64,000 nt of DNA from Eledone cirrhosa. Its lineage: Eukaryota. The notes beneath the pieces are model-generated. The model searched no databases. It was not told the origin of the DNA and saw only the letters and a list, made by a program, of their open reading frames with translations. Location: the NCBI GenBank assembly GCA_964016885.1, contig OZ024745.1, positions 76,818,001 through 76,882,000 of the forward strand, in the 5' to 3' direction. Of the stretch, positions 62,617 through 64,000 are shown piece by piece. Numbering within the stretch: position 1 is the stretch's first letter; the number at the start of each line of letters is the position of its first letter. A program made the position numbers and the translations under genes.

Positions 62617-62955
62617 AAATGTCAGCAAAAAATATAGGGTCTTATTGGGATTTCTTGTACTTATCTAGTATTATGTTTCAAAACAAACTTACCAGCAGCA
62701 CCACCAACAGCACAAGTAACACCACCACTACCCCTAGCTAAATTCATGGAAGAAATGAAAGAACTATCATTATTCCTCATGCAAACATTCTTCTTTATCG
62801 AAGAATTCGCAGGCAATTCTGATTATAGCAGAGTTATTTCCCTCGTATTAAATTTTATATTATGTTAACGGTATAAAATAATTCGAAGTGAAAAAAATTT
62901 CAATGCAAAAACGTTTTAAAAGAATACTTTTCAAATTTTAGTTATATTTAACAAA

Positions 62956-62956
<1 letters not shown>

Positions 62957-63020
<64 letters not shown>

Positions 63021-63485
63021 ATATATATATATATATATTTATTTTATGAAGGTGTATAAAAATATAATAATATAATTTGAGAAAATATTTCACAAAGAAT
63101 CCTTGATTATTATCTTATAAAGATACGAAAACAAATAATAATACATATCTGAAAGTTGATCGACATTATTTATCATACAATATTAATGATGAGTGACATA
63201 AAATTGCTTAAACATATATGTTTAACTGACACTCGCTAGGCTGATGCACACGCAACAGCTGTATATGTACTTCTGATAGCTGCTGTGTACCCAGCCAGTG
63301 ACGTTTTATACAGCCGACGACAGATGACTCGGTCACGTGAAATGTAAATATACGTGATATTGATGTGTAAAAGAAAAGACCGAGATTTTTACCGAAAAGA
63401 AAGTAATATTTTATTGAGAATTGGTTTTATATTTCATTTTGTCTTAATATTATTTTATGTCGATTCTGCTAGAATTAAATATGTA

Positions 63486-63570
<85 letters not shown>

Positions 63571-63790
63571 ACACACAGGTACATACATACATAAATGCTT
63601 GCATGTATATATACATACACACATGCATACATTCCTACATATATACATACATACACATACATATATGCTTGCATACATACATGCATACACACATACATAC
63701 ATGCTTGCATGTATATACATACATACGTACATACATACATGCATACACGCATGTATGCATACATACATACATACATATATACATACACAT
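62957..63790. repeat. (TA)n, (CA)n and (CATA)n microsatellites
   Basis: 62957-63037 (TA)n; 63487-63575 (CA)n; 63580-63790 degenerate (CATA)n. Confidence 0.95.
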
Positions 63791-64000
63791 GTTTAATCTC
63801 ACACCACGTTTACCTCTCCATCACCTGTTTCACTTTAATGAATGTTTAAAAAAATTGGCATTCTTTGTTGACTTATGAATTCCGTCTTAGATTAGATGGT
63901 GATTCTGATATTATGTTTCATACGTCTGTCGAAAAAGTATCCAACTTTTTTTTTTTTTTTTCGTGAGATGTAATGACGTTAGGTAGACAAATATGAGAAG

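Noticed and set aside
63920-64000. Possible mariner-like TIR start (tacgtctgtcgaaaaagtatccaac)
   Set aside because: Partner end would lie outside the window; cannot be supported.

Overview
Eukaryotic, AT-rich, microsatellite-dense genomic DNA. The repeat landscape (tRNA-head SINEs with RTE tails, RTE/Dong/Penelope-like retroelements) suggests an octopod cephalopod; this is inference. Positions 1-36.4 kb hold eight coding exons (+ strand, all introns GT-AG) of a mitochondrial dicarboxylate carrier gene (SLC25A10/DIC-like), whose first coding exon lies upstream of the window. The rest is transposable-element debris: a 5'-truncated but open-frame Naiad-type Penelope-like element (PLE) with 532-bp inverted pseudo-LTRs inside a DIC intron, a Chapaev3-like DNA transposon, piggyBac/hAT/Tigger remnants and MITEs, many RTE and SINE copies, a near full-length decayed Dong/R4-like element, and CRE-like and Neptune-like 3' fragments. 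The most notable non-coding signals are: (i) at least five recognisable and about four degenerate minimal hammerhead ribozyme motifs, mostly in short PLE-like modules packed between (TA)n tracts at 45.5-51.8 kb, including two distinct sequences with 90-115 nt rod-like stem II; (ii) a ~390-bp palindrome carrying two convergent tRNA-like Pol III cassettes; (iii) a ~600-bp internally deleted RTE derivative with an HDV-like ribozyme remnant; (iv) a palindromic 32/34-bp minisatellite just downstream of the DIC stop codon. No prokaryotic features or CRISPR array. All family names come from motif recognition by eye, not database searches.
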